Source of the DNA: Octopus vulgaris
Lineage: Eukaryota
Length of the DNA stretch: 64,000 bases
Assembly: GCA_951406725.2 (NCBI GenBank)
Contig: OX597833.1
Location: 48,856,001 to 48,920,000, forward strand
Reading direction: 5' to 3'
A program made the translations under genes and the position numbers. The first letter of the stretch is position 1. Each line of letters starts with the position of its first letter. The notes under the pieces are model-generated. The model had not been told where the DNA came from. It ran no database searches and saw only the letters and a list, made by a program, of their open reading frames with translations. Of the stretch, positions 11,379 through 26,226 are shown piece by piece.

Positions 11379-13374
11379 TATATATTATGAACAATGATAC
11401 AAAAAACCTGTAATGTAATAAATTTATTTTCTCATAAGACTAATTTTTGTTTACACATATATTTCCATAAGACAGCAAAAATACCTGGCCTTGATTATTA
11501 AAAGAAATCATTTCAAAACAGGTATTGAGTAAAATTAGCAAGAATTTACAAAATCATTAAATCTGTGTCCCCATTCTTTAAAACATGGACTTTTTTCTCT
11601 TTCATAATAAAAATGTTATCCACCAGCACTGGGTCAGAAGAAACAGTCTTCCATTTCCGGATATATGTGAATTAGTCCAGTGATATTTAATATATTGATT
11701 TAGTTTACCAAGAGAAAGGGTTAAATGGAAACAGTTTATTAAACCCAATCATATTTTTTTAATATGAATTTTTAATATTTTTTTTTATTTTAATCTGTTT
11801 TTTACTACAGCACTTTTTAATTTTTAGAATTTTTTTCAATCATCAATATCTTTAGAAATGTCACACAGATAAAGTATTTTTTTAAATATTTTATTTTTTT
11901 AATTTTTGATTTTTAATTTTTTTTTTTTCATTTGTGCCGTAGTTGCATACATTCACTTTCTGATATTTTCATCAATGTAATTGTATAATTGTATTTCCAG
12001 TTTTGTAAGATTTGAATTTAAGAGCCACAAGGTACCATAGCATCTGGCTGAAGTGTCTACCAATATTGCAACATGTCACTTTCATTAATAGTGTTTTATA
12101 AGGTCAAGTAGTGATGACATTATGTTAGAGTCAATAATTCTCGCAGAACAACAAAAATTTTTTTATGAAAGCCTGTTAAAATAGACTTCGCAATAACAAA
12201 AACAAAAATACAAAAAAAAAAGAAAGAAATGTCCTTTTTAAATCTGTGGATAATTATATAGAGAAATTGATGCTGTCAAACTTCGTGTATTTAGTCATCA
12301 ATATAGGTAACATTGATTGTTCCACTTTTTAATCAAATTTTCAGCAATGTTATATATCTTCAGCTTTAGTGTTCTTTATGAAAAAAAAAAACGTTGAGCT
12401 TTTCAGAAATCATTTTTGTAAATCAAGAACTTCCTTCTTGTTAAATTTCCTTTTCCTTCAAACATAATTTTTTTTTTTCGAAAACATATTCTTCTTTCTT
12501 CCATTTAACAATTTCTTTCTGTTTTGCATTGAATTTATATCACAAATTTCTTCCATTTGGTTTTTTTAAAGATGAAAAATTGTAAAACATATTTCGTTAT
12601 TACTATAAAACAATTTTTTTTTTCATATAATTTATCATTCTAATTTATAATCAATGTTCTTTGAAATGTCTAACTTTTCACCTAATTTTAATTAGGGTTT
12701 TCAGCTCATTCTCATTAACCTGATGTTGTTGTTGTTGTCCTTCACTGTATCAAAGACAAGAATATTTACTCTTCTTTGCATTTTTTTTTAATTATTAAAT
12801 TTAGTAAATGTTTATGTTGAGAATAAGGACACAAAACAGAATTTATTTTATGGAAACAGCAACTTTGTTAATGATTTCTCCGGTTTGAGAAATCTGGGGA
12901 CACAGCCAGTTTTAATTAGTCATTTATGATAATAAACAATAACAGTAACAATAACAGCTACAAATATGCTGCCATAACCAACTAATTAGTTGCTTAAAGA
13001 TCAAATAACTAATGGGTTGAAATTGAACTTATTACAACATTCACTCGCTGACATATATCAACAGCTAACAGTCACTAATAAAACCACATAGTCAATACTG
13101 TTATCTAATTTTTTTTTATTATTATTATTATTATTTTATTATTTTTATTATTGTTATTATTATTATTATTATTATTATTTTGCCCCTGTGAAGTGGGATA
13201 ATAAAATTATAAGGCAGTTTTAAAATTCCTGCTTAGATTCTATTTCCTAAGAAGAAAAGTTTTACTATGCATGTGTGTACTCGTATGCGTGTGTACGTGC
13301 ATGCATATGTGCGTGTGTGTGTGTGTGCATGAATGCATGCGTGTGTGTGTATGTGTGTGTGTTTGTGTGTGTGC

Positions 13375-13405
<31 letters not shown>

Positions 13406-15170
13406 CTTGTTATGTGCTATAAAGAGCTGCATATGATGATTCTAAATAATTGGAAAAAAAAAACCCCAACACAGAAGTGTATATTTGTAATTAAAATTGC
13501 ATAATGCACACTGAACACAAGACATCTGCATGTGACTTGCAATTTACCGATTGCTTAATTCATCATCATCATCATCATCAACATCATCATTTAACGTCCA
13601 TGTTCCATGTTTCAGTTTTATGAAACTGAATGTCGGTCTAATGTAACTGTTCTACACTTATGTTTAATTGCAATGCCTTAGCTTTACTTTTTCCTGAAAT
13701 AATTTCAACATCATTGAAAAGTGTGCAAATAATATGTATATATTTCATACATTATTTTTATAAAGTTTAAGATATTTCTGTTGAAAAATCTATTTGCTGG
13801 TTAATCAGTCTAAGTTGTATTACAATCTATTAGCTGCTGCTATTGATTTTCATTTAGCCTCATAGATTACTTTGTATTCAGAATCTCATCAAAATATCAA
13901 CAAAACAGAACTACAATATCAGTATCTTTATAGATTAGGCTGATACTCAAACCATTAGAGAAATGATCAGTTAAGTAAGTCAGGAGGAAATTGAAAGTGA
14001 AACAAGGTTAAATCAAAACAAACAAACAAACAAACAAAAAAATAGAATTTAATAGAGTTTTGAAATTCTGAATATATAAATATAATATAATATAATATAT
14101 CTCACCAAGATATTTACATATTTTAGATATTATTTCTATAAATATTCTCCATTCCAGTTTAACGACATCTTCATGTTTATTAAACATATAACTGGAGATA
14201 GTTTTTAACTGCATGTATAGACATGTACATAACTCTTATGTGCACACACTTTTTTTTCAGATCTAGTTATATCACAGTTTAACACCATATAGCTGCCTCA
14301 GCTGAAAGAAAATAGTGTTGTTTGCACTATTAACAAGGTAACTTTTAAATAAACCAAAAGAAAGCCAAAAAATAAAATAAATAAATAAAATCCATCTCCA
14401 GAGATCATTTTTTTTGGCATTTTTTTTTTAGTAACATGTTAATCCAATGATCAAAAGAGATTATGAATTTCATAACAAATTGGATATCATAAATTTGTTT
14501 GGACTATTGACTTCATCTTTAGAGATGAAAAGAAATGTAATATTTACATCTACACCATGTTTTGAGAAGTTTCATCTCAGATTGTCATCAAGTATCTCAT
14601 TCATAGCACCAGGCTAGATTCAGACCAGATTTTGAATCTCGTATAAACCTAGTTTGGTGCTATGTGCACAAACAGGATGATGATCAGAGATAAGCTAATA
14701 AAAATATAGTGAGACATAGATATTTAGAAAAAAAAAAATTCATTTCTAAAGTTGCGATCTATTTCAAAATACTTGAGTTTTATGGCAAAAACTCATCTCA
14801 GACATTTTGATATTTAAATTAGATACCATATGCTGTTTTGCATGATAAATTATTACTAACAGTATATAGATACAAGAAGAGAACAATTTGTATTGTGGTG
14901 TCTTGCATTGGGTACAAACACTGAAAAATAAGTCGTTATCAATATTCATCGTTATAATTTTGAAAAAATATTTGAAAAATATTTGTACATCAGTTAAGAT
15001 ATACAAACTTATGCAAGTTAGTTCCAGTTATACAATTATTTGCATATATGACATTAAGAATTCAAAATTCCTAATTGGGACTAAATTCAAGAAAGAACTT
15101 TTATACGAATGAATTTCTAATTGCGATAGAGATATCTGTTTACAAGTTCTGTCAATTAATTTTATGTGTT

Positions 15171-15231
<61 letters not shown>

Positions 15232-15427
15232 TATATATATATATACATATACATATATCTGTGTGTGTATATATATATTTACATATATGTATACATAACA
15301 TATATGATATTATGTATATTATATATATAAATACACTATGTATACATTATATATAATATTATATACTATTACATATATATATATATATATATGTATATAG
15401 TTATATATTATTTTATATACTTATTTG

Positions 15428-15470
<43 letters not shown>

Positions 15471-15994
15471 TTAATAGAATCATAAGATATGCATATAAAA
15501 TATACATGTTATAAACATAGTCTATGATATGGATGTTCAATAAATATTTGTCATTTCTACTGTAATATTTCCCATTTTCGTTTGATGATTCAGTAAGGTG
15601 TAAAATGTAGAAAAGAGAGGCTCAGACAAAAAAATAATATTGGGATGACAAAATCATCAGTAGGAACAGCTACGCTTTGTTTACTAAGTACAAACAAGTG
15701 ACAGTGTTTAACATGTCAAAGAAGATATACATACATACAAATAGAAAGACAGTTGCATGCACACACACATGTCACATATATATACATAGCACATATGTGT
15801 GTGTGTATACACACATATGTATTTATCCATATATATGTATGTATATATACCACTTATATATGTTATACACTCATATATGTACATGCACACATACATACAA
15901 TCAACACACACACACATATGTTTATATGTATATATATTTATATTTAAATCAGATATATATTTTACATATATATCATACATACATACATACATAC

Positions 15995-16041
<47 letters not shown>

Positions 16042-16914
16042 CATATATATATAAATCAGATATATATATATATATTACATATATATCATATATACATACA
16101 AATATATAGATAAATACATACATATATATTATATATATATTTAATATACATATATATTAAATACATATATATAAATACATGTATATAATGTATATGCATA
16201 CACACTCACACACACATATATATAATGAATACATTATATAAATATATATATTATATATTTATTCGTAGTATTTATAATATATGCCAAATATTATATATAT
16301 ATGTATAATATTTTGCATATATTATATATACTATGTATATATGTAATATATATATATATACATACATATGCATACACACAGATATATATGTACATATATA
16401 TATGTACACACATATTATGCACATAGACTATCCTGTTTACATGCTCTGACCCACATCAACATGCACTCACACACTTGCATACACAACAAACACAGACACA
16501 GACTTACACACACATATGTGTTTGCAATTGGCTGATTTGGAATTTACTGATAGAAGAGGGAAGAAAAGTTTGATCATATATCTCTATGCTACTGACTTCA
16601 ACTTGGGTTTACATATACTACAAGAATAATACCAATATTCACTTGCAAATGCTACTAATATCCATGTGGCTGAACAATATTCACATTAAGAGAGAACAAT
16701 TTTAAGAGAGAGTATGAAAAAAAGCTGAAGATAGATAAGATTCTTTTTGACAGATTGAAGGTCGAAGAAAGGTTTTAGAACTGAAGAATTTGAATAACTA
16801 TATTTTCTTTTATAAAAAAAAGCAAGATGAAGAACTTAGATATTATATATATATATACATATATATATATACATATTAGTACAACTTGCTTGGCACCATG
16901 GTCATTTTGGGGAT

Positions 16915-16964
16915 TCAGTTGTCTTTTGAATGCAGGATGTTTTCTTTCAACAACCTTTGTTTCT
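16915..16964 (-). CDS. KIAA0513: KIAA0513-like protein, last coding exon
   Basis: ttttttttcAG acceptor; (E)KQRLLKENILHSKDN*; phase matches the previous exon; resembles human EEQYKLLSDHIEQMATE. Confidence 0.8.
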
Positions 16965-17079
16965 CTGAAAAAAAATGAAGAAGAAAAAAGAAGAATTATT
17001 TAGTTTATTAAAGTGAAAGAAACTATTGTACAGAGAATGAATTATAAAGATCCAAAATTAGGGTCTTTTTTATCTTATA

Positions 17080-17390
17080 TATTTCAGCCATTAGATGCTG
17101 CCATTTTAGTCGAATGTATCAACCCTAGTACTTATTTTTTTAGAGCCTAGTACTTATTCTATCAGTTACTTTTGCCAAACTGCTAAGTTACAGGGATGTA
17201 AATACACCAACACCAGTTGTCAAGCAGTGAAAGTGGACACAAAGACACACACACATATGATAGGCTTCTTCCAGTTTCTGTCTACCAAATCCATTTACTA
17301 TGCTTTGGTCAGCCTGAGGCTATAGTAGAAGACACTTTCTCACACTTTCCCAAGGGGCCATGCAGTGAGACTGAACCTTGGACCATGTTA
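17080..17390 (-). mobile_element. Family B SINE (decayed)
   Basis: tagtacttattctatc..tctaccaaatcc..gaggctatagtagaagacactt. Confidence 0.7.
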
Positions 17391-17523
17391 ATTTATCAAA
17401 TTTAAGATCTAATTGCCTTTCATATTAAAAGGTATATTATTTAAAAACAAAAAGACACTTGATTTTTGTTTGAAAATAAAATTGTAATTCAATTAAAATT
17501 AATTCTTTATGTTAAATAAGCGT

Positions 17524-18028
17524 GGAGGTGCGTGGCTTAGTGGTTAGGGTGTCAGCATCATAATCTTAAGATTGTGGTTTCGATTCCTGGACCGGGCGAT
17601 GTGTTGTGTTCTTGAGCAAAACACTTCCTTTCACGTTGCTCTAGTCCACTCTGATGGCAAAAATGAGTAACGTTGCGATGGACCGGCATCCTGTCCAGCT
17701 GGGGGAACACATACACCATAGAAATCGGGAAACTGTGCCCATGAGCCTGGCTAGGCTTTAAAAGGGTGCATTTATTTGTGGCGGCACATGGCTTAGTGGT
17801 TAGGGTGTCAGCATCATGATCATAAGATTGTGGTTTCAATTCCTGGACTAGGCGACGTGTTGTGTTCTTGACAAAAACAATTCATTTCACGTTGCTCTAG
17901 TCCACTCAGCTGGCAAAAATGAGTAACGCTGCAATGGACTGGCGTCCCGTCTTGCTGGGGAACACATACGCCATAGAAACCGGGAAACTGAGCCCATGAG
18001 CCTGGCTAGGCTTTAAAAGAGCGCATTT
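17524..18028 (+). mobile_element. Head-to-tail dimer of family C SINE
   Basis: Two tandem units tggcttagtggttagggtgtcagc...gctaggctttaaaag; flanked by direct repeat tttatgttaaataag. Confidence 0.8.
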
Positions 18029-18159
18029 ATGATTTTATTTATGTTAAATAAGTGCAGGCATGGCTGTGTGGTTAGTAGTTTTGTCCTTGGTTGTCCTTGC
18101 ACTCAGGCTGTCCTGTGCATGCCCCTCCAGCTGAGCATTCCTAACCTTGAGATCTCATG

Positions 18160-19340
18160 CATGTTGGTGTCATGCAAAAAGCACTGTACTGGTGCCACAT
18201 AAATGCATCCACATTGGTGTTGTGTAAAAACACCCAGTATACTCTGTAAATTGGTTGGCATTAGGAAGAGCACCCAGTTGTAGAAATCATGTCAAAACAG
18301 ACACGGGGCCAAGGCAGCTCTTCATATGGTCAGTTCCTATTTCGTTATTACCCACAAGGGGCTAAACATAGAGGGAACAAACAAAGACAGACATAGGTAT
18401 TAAGTCGATTACATCAACCCAGTGCATAACTGGTACTTAATTTATCGACCCCGAAAGGATGAAAGGCAAAGTCGACCTTGGCGGAATTTGAACTCACAAC
18501 GTAACGACAGACGAAATACGGCTATGCATTTCGCCCGGCGTGCTAATGTTTCTGCCAGCTCATTCCTGTCAAAATGAGCAACCAATGCCAGTATGGAAAA
18601 TGGATGTTAAATGATGATGATGGTGATAATCACTAAAAATGGTTAGAGCAGTGAACTGGCATTTCACCCCTCTTCATGTTCTAAGTTCAAATTCTGCTGA
18701 GGTCAACTTTGCCTTTCATCCTTTTGGGTTTGAAAAAACTAGTACCAGTTGAACACAGGGGTTAATATAATTGCCTTATCTCTCCCCTGAAATTGCTGGC
18801 CTTGTTCCAAAATTTGAAATCAATATTATCAAAAATACTTTTTTTTATAAAAAATAATTCCTGAGCCGTACAACTCATAAGGCTAGTTACCCTGTTTCTA
18901 TGGTATTACTCACCTCACCTGTGCCTATGTCACATAAAAAGCACTAAGTCCATTCTGCTGAGTGGTTGGTGTTAGGAAGGGCACCCAGCTGTAAAAATCC
19001 TGCCAAAACAGTTACAAAAGTCTGGTGCAGGCTTCAGCCTGGCCGGCTCTTGTGAAACCATCCCACCCATGCTAGTATGGAACATGGACGATAAATGATG
19101 ATAATGATGTTGATGATGAGTAATGAAGTTCACAACATCACTCTTGAATAGGACATCTGTTTGTTACAATGTTCAATGTTCAAGGCCAGCAGTTTTAAAG
19201 GAAAGGGATGAATCATTTACATTGATCCTGATACTTTATTTTAACGACCCGAAGGGATAAAAAGAAAAGTTGGCCTTGGCAGGATTTGAATTCAAATTGT
19301 TGGAAGAAATGACTACCAAACATTTTATCCAACATATTAA
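18160..19340. mobile_element. Nested cluster of family D and family A SINEs
   Basis: Family A copy (-, ~18337-18560) sits inside a family D copy; further decayed copies at ~18650, ~18920 and ~19185. Confidence 0.7.
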
Positions 19341-19413
19341 TGATTCTACCAGCTCACCACCTTCTAATTACAGTATTTCAAAATTATTCAAAAACCAATA
19401 AATATTCTGTTAC

Positions 19414-19508
19414 CTCTGCTTAGATTCGCAATAGTAGACTGTTTGCGTAGGAATTCAAAACACAATTCTCTGCTTAATCCAAATGATTTCATATTACATG
19501 TAAAAGTC
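19414..19508 (-). CDS. KIAA0513: KIAA0513-like protein, penultimate coding exon
   Basis: tttctcttgcAG...GTaaca; (G)TFTCNMKSFGLSRELCFEFLRKQSTIANLSR vs human [30 protein letters not shown]. Confidence 0.92.
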
Positions 19509-19859
19509 CTGCAAGAGAAATGTTATAACATATAAAGCACCAGGCCATGTTATATGGAAACAATAAACAGAATAAACCTGTTTGTAACAATAAGTTCTAA
19601 TTCATTATGGATTGTCACCATTGTACAAACATAATCACTCTACAATAATATTAGAAATTTACATATTTTTATAAACTTTTTAATACAGTCAGCTAAAAAA
19701 TCTCATTAATTAAAATTCCATGTAATGAGCAGCAAAATGAACAAAACGATTGTTCTAATTATATATACATATATATATATAACAAATTAATAAATAAAAC
19801 ATATGCATATATACATACATATATGTACGTACCTACATCTACATGTATATATACATGCA

Positions 19860-20300
19860 TATATGGGTACAGGACACCAAAAAGACGTCAAACACAATGA
19901 GAAACGAAAATATAAACACAAAACTAAGGAACTGGACATTTTTCTTAAACAATGAAAAAATGGAGTACAAGACAAATAACACAAGGAAAATTTCCCTTCT
20001 TCAGTTGCCATGGTTTCATCTACTCCATGTTTTGAAGGTGAAGGCGAGACACGACTTCAACTGAAACATTCCTTCCCGCGAAAAGCAAATTAAATAAAAT
20101 TTGAGATTTTTTTGCGGAGGGGTAAAAATGGTAACAAAAAGAGGACAGTAATGACAGTACAAAATATAAACAGTAAAAGACAGGACAAGGAGAATAACAG
20201 TAACACAGACAAGAAGGGCTGTTAAGCCGAACGAGATAAAATATTACGAACGCTATTTTATATCAAGTGAAAGAAAAGTTCAAGAAGAACAGAAAATTTA
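19860..20300. mobile_element. Probable Penelope-like retroelement terminal fragment
   Basis: CTGAAGAAGGG on - strand (~19994-20004), CpG-containing repeat-like body next to a TA microsatellite. Confidence 0.35.
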
Positions 20301-20377
20301 AAGAATAAATCCTTTCCTGTCTCCAAAGAAAATATATATATATAAATAAGCAAACTAATTTGTATTAAATACTTTAC

Positions 20378-20446
20378 CCAAGTTGACCAAAGGTGACATT
20401 CTCCTGAAATTCACTGTCATCTACCTTCTCTTCCGATGCTTCCTCA
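20378..20446 (-). CDS. KIAA0513: KIAA0513-like protein, internal exon (69 nt)
   Basis: aaccAG...GTaaag; (S)EEASEEKVDDSEFQENVTFGQL(G) vs human [20 protein letters not shown]; phase 2-2 fits both neighbours. Confidence 0.92.
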
Positions 20447-20534
20447 CTGGTTTAAATAAAACAAAATATACATTTTATACACCTTATCATCAAAGTAAAA
20501 ATGTTCAGAAAATAGAATGGAAAAAGCTCAACAG

Positions 20535-21915
<1,381 letters not shown>

Positions 21916-22538
21916 ATGATAAAAGATACATGTATCCCATTTTTGTATTTAGTTTGCAAAATTCTTAATGTGAGCTCATGTATTGAAAAAGATTTTGTTG
22001 TATGTTGGGAGGGTCATTATGCCAATAATGCCTCTTCTTTATTATTTATTTGTCAACTCGTTAACAATTTAACCAATCAACTTTTCAACTACTTGATTAA
22101 TCATTTGGTCAATCAATCAGTCAATTAGGTTTGTCTACCATGAGGTCATGAATGGTAACAAATGGACTTTGACAAGACGGGTAAATACCTAGAAACTGCA
22201 GTCCGTGCGTATCACTTAGGTTGACGAGGGAAGGATGACCTCCCTTTGCAAATACCTTAGGGCACAGAAAGTGTGCCTATTGCCAGCTGGAGGAGATGTT
22301 CTCCTGGGGCTACAAGCTACAGTAACACCCACCCTTAGTGGTTAGCCATATTGAGATGGCAAATATACCTCACATTGTCATGCAGTTACTGTTTATACCT
22401 CATTCAGAGATTTATTATAACTGGTCAATAGATTAACCAAATGGTTAACCAAACATTCAATTAGTTAATTGGTTGAATAGCTAACCAATTAAGAAATAAT
22501 AAAGAAGTGGAGAGAACCATGTTTATAATTCTCTACAA

Positions 22539-23085
22539 GGTGCAGGAGTGGCTGTGTGGTAAGTAACTTGCTAACCAACCACATGGTTCCGGGTTCAGTC
22601 CCACTGCGTGGCATGTTGGGCAAGTGTCTTCTGCTATAGCCCCGGGCCGACCAATGCCTTGTGAGTGGATTTGGTAGACGGAAACTGAAAGAAGCCTGTC
22701 GTATATATGTAGCGGTTCGGCAAAAGAGACCGATAGAATAAGTACTGGGCTTACAAAGAATAAGTCCCGGGGTCGATTTGCTCGACTAAAGGCGGTGCTC
22801 CAGCATGGCCGCAGTCAAATGACTGAAACAAGTAAAAGAGAAAGAGAAAGAGATATATAAGTGTGTGTGTATATGTTTGTGTGTCTGTGTTTGTCCCCCT
22901 AGCATTGCTTGACAACCGATGCTGGTGTGTTTACGTCCCCGTCACTTAGCGGTTCGGCAAAAGAGACCGATAGAATAAGTACTGGGCTTACAAAGAATAA
23001 GTCCCGGGGTCGATTTGCTCGACTAAAGGCGGTGCTCCAGCATGGCCGCATTCAAATGACTGAAACAAGTAAAAGAGTAAAGAGT
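22539..23085 (+). mobile_element. Family B SINE with internal duplication of its 3' module
   Basis: tagcggttcggcaaaagagacc...gactgaaacaagtaaaagag at both ~22710-22850 and ~22947-23085. Confidence 0.85.
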
Positions 23086-23234
23086 AATTCTTCATAATTA
23101 ATGTTCATTTGTGACTGAAAATGTTTGAAAATATTCATTATGTGCTATACGTTGTGTTTTGCATGAATTATAACTTTCATTTTCTGGTAAGATATGAATT
23201 TTTAGTTTATACTTTAATGAAAATAACAGCTTAC

Positions 23235-23385
23235 CTAGTGCAAACTGGTCTTCTTGCTCGCTCACATTGAACTGCATCAAAGAAAGCAGCATTCCAGAAT
23301 CGCAAGGAGTGCCAGATCGGTTGTTCACGGAGGAAAGTGTATAGAAAACACTTCGCTACTGCCGTTTTCGATCCAAACTGGCGAT
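23235..23385 (-). CDS. KIAA0513: KIAA0513-like protein, internal exon (SBF1/SBF2-type domain region)
   Basis: caaatAG...GTaagc; [49 protein letters not shown] vs human [37 protein letters not shown]. Confidence 0.93.
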
Positions 23386-23404
23386 CTATTTGAAATAAAA
23401 ATGA

Positions 23405-23685
23405 AAAATTGAAATAGAAATATAATAAAAAATTGAAATAAAAATATAATAAAAAATTGAAATAAAAATATAATAAAAAATTGAAATAAAAATATAATAA
23501 AAAATTGAAATAAAAATATAATAAAAAATTGAAATAAAAATATAATAAAAAATTGAAATAAAAATATAATAAAAAATTGAAATAAAAATATAATAAAAAA
23601 TTGAAATAAAAATATAATAAAAAATTGAAATAGAAATATAATAAAAAATTGAAATAAAAATATAATAAAAAAATTGAAATAAAAA
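23405..23685. repeat. 24-bp AT-rich minisatellite (~11 copies)
   Basis: Unit tgaaataaaaatataataaaaaat; gives the (LLYFYFNF)n pseudo-ORF. Confidence 0.95.
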
Positions 23686-24137
23686 AAACCCAGTTTAATT
23701 GCAGAAACATTTTTTTTACCACAGAAGCAAATTTAAACACAAAGTGTTTAACAGTCACGCACATTATTATTATATTTAATTCAAATTTTCCTCTGTATGG
23801 AAAGTTTGTGATGGATTTCATTTGAGAAAGGAATTCATGAAATAAAACATCTTCGAATTAGAAGACTTAAAGGGTTTGTGATTTGTTATGATTGTACTCT
23901 ACAAGCACAAAGAAAGTACACTTTGAGTGGTTTTCTTTTATTTAAATGACTCAAGCATGAAAGCATGAAATATTAAAAAATTTAAAGAGGCGGAGCAGAA
24001 ACTACAATACGTATATATTTCTCACATATACTATTAGTATTATAAGGGAAATGAAATAATTACCATTAGTGATTGAAATAGCATTTTTGATTAGGTTCAT
24101 TCAAAGTTTATTTTCTACTTTATAGTGCCTACGTATA

Positions 24138-24515
24138 CAGCCACATGGTTCGGGGTTCAGTCTCAATGCGTGGCACCTTGGGCAAGTGTCTTCTACTATA
24201 GCCTCGGGCCGACCAAAGCCCTGTGAGTGAATTTGGTAGATGGAAGCTGTAAGAAGCCTGTCGTATATATGTATATGTATATATATGTGTGTGTGTGCTT
24301 GTGTGTCTGTGGTTGTTCCCTCAACATCGCTTGACAACTGATGCTGGTGTGTTTACATCCCTGTATCTTAGCGGTTCGGCAAAAGAGACCGATAGAATAA
24401 GTACTAGGCTTACAAAGAATAAGTCCTAGGGTCGATTTGCTCGACTAAAGGCAGTGCTCCAGCATGGCCGCAGTCAAATGACTGAAACAAGTAAAAGAGA
24501 AAAGAGAAAGAGAGT
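24138..24515 (+). mobile_element. Family B SINE (5'-truncated)
   Basis: ccacatggttcggggttcagtc..ggcaccttgggcaagtgtc..gaaacaagtaaaagag. Confidence 0.8.
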
Positions 24516-25003
24516 GACATATTGCATAATTATAACTGAACTTCTCCCACTTGAACCAGACAATTTAAATATATACAGTGACATATGGATGGCTGGCTGG
24601 ATGGATGGATGGTAATGTCTTGTAGGCTGAGGAAGATGATTCTGCAATTTCTTCTTGATAAACCTGTGCAAATGACTTGCTTTTGTAATCAAATCTATGT
24701 TCTGTACATTAGCTCATTCTCTCTATCAAATCGACATTACCTGAACAGGTGTACGGTGTACTCACACATCAGGTGTTGAAGTGATCGCGGAGCATGAGAT
24801 GAAGTGTTTTGCTCAAGAACACAATGCACCATCTGGTCCAGGAATTGAAACCACAATCTTGTGGTCATGACATGAATGCAACACATTACACCATGAACCT
24901 TTGACTCAATGACATTTACATTGAATATATTATCACCCATGTTTTGTGTATCCTCTCCAATAGATTGTGCATTGATTAATATTCCCAGTCCTTCTTCAAG
25001 ATA

Positions 25004-25535
25004 TCATCATCATCATCATCATCATTGTTTAACGTCTACTTTCCATGCTGGCATGGGTTGGATGATTTGACTGAGGACTGGCGAACCAGGTGGCTGCACC
25101 AGGCTCCAATCTGATCTCGCAGAGTTTCTACAGCTGGATGCCCTTCCTAACGCCAACCACTCTGAGAGTGTAGTGGATGCTTTTACATGCCACCGGCACA
25201 AGGGCCAGTCAGGCGTTACTGGCAACAACCACACCCAAATGGTGTTTTTTATGTGCCACCTGCACAGGAGCCAGTCCAGTGGCACTGGCAACGACCTCGC
25301 TGGAATGTTTTTTTCACATGCCACCGGCACAAGTGCCAGTAAAGTGACACTGGTAATGATCTCATTCAAATGGTGCTTTTTATGTGCCACTGGCACAGAA
25401 GCCAGTTTGCTACTCTGGCAATGATCATGCTCGGATGGTGCTCTTAGCGCTCCACTAGCACGGATGCCAGTCATCGAATTTGATTTCGATTTCGATTTCA
25501 AAAATCGGAATTGAAATCAAATTCAATGACTGGCA
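25004..25535 (-). mobile_element. Long family D repeat copy
   Basis: (CAT)n plus family D body; colinear with 52554-53090; ends in a short inverted duplication (gatgccagtcatcgaatttgatttc / gaaatcaaattcaatgactggcat). Confidence 0.8.
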
Positions 25536-25839
25536 TTTCTAGAATTCCTTCCTTTCTCATGTTTTTCTTATCAGCAACTGTTCAAGAGCAGACTTTTTAC
25601 TCTTTGAATAGTATATTAAAAAAAAATAAGTATAACAGTTGAAAACTGGAAAAAACTGTGTGATTATGTAACTTCATGATATATTTCAATATGTTTATCA
25701 CTGTGAGCATAACGGCATATGGTGAAACTCTCTGCAATAGTGTGATGGTTACTTTTTATAACTGGTTGAAGTCCTTCATTCTCAGTTGAAAAGACATAAT
25801 CATGATACTAGGGCAACATTCTGTACCTTATACAGGGAC

Positions 25840-25896
25840 ATTTAGTGTTCTGCAGGAATCTGTTCTTCGTCCCTTGTTATTTGTTATATACATTAA
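25840..25896 (+). mobile_element. CR1-type reverse transcriptase remnant
   Basis: VLQESVLRPLLFVIYIN resembles GVPQGSVLGPLLFxIYIN. Confidence 0.6.
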
Positions 25897-26117
25897 CCCT
25901 TTTGTTACCATATTTATTTTGAGATGCTCTGTGATTCTTTCAGCTATTTTGAATATAACAATGAACTTAGGAAAATAAATTAGTTATCATTAAGCTAGTG
26001 TTAGGAACATAAATTGTGACTAAGGTTTGGTGGAAGATTTTAATTCAAAACTTATGAAAACAAGACATTTGTACTACAGAGCCAGAGCCGGTTTCAGCCG
26101 GGTTGGTAACAAAAGGG
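25897..26117. mobile_element. piggyBac-like MITE
   Basis: TTAA|cccttttgttacca...tggtaacaaaaggg|TTAA. Confidence 0.85.
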
Positions 26118-26126
26118 TTAAAGAAA

Positions 26127-26226
26127 NNNNNNNNNNNNNNNNNNNNNNNNNNNNNNNNNNNNNNNNNNNNNNNNNNNNNNNNNNNNNNNNNNNNNNNNNN
26201 NNNNNNNNNNNNNNNNNNNNNNNNNN
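26127..26226. other. Assembly gap (100 N)
   Basis: Run of 100 n; true gap size unknown. Confidence 0.99.

Noticed and set aside
23405-23685. Regular 24-bp repeats as a CRISPR array
   Set aside because: Contiguous tandem units without unique spacers, eukaryotic context, no cas genes.
23388-23821. N-terminal (LLYFYFNF)n part of the 196-aa ORF as a membrane repeat protein
   Set aside because: Intronic minisatellite; the real exon starts at the AG acceptor at 23385.
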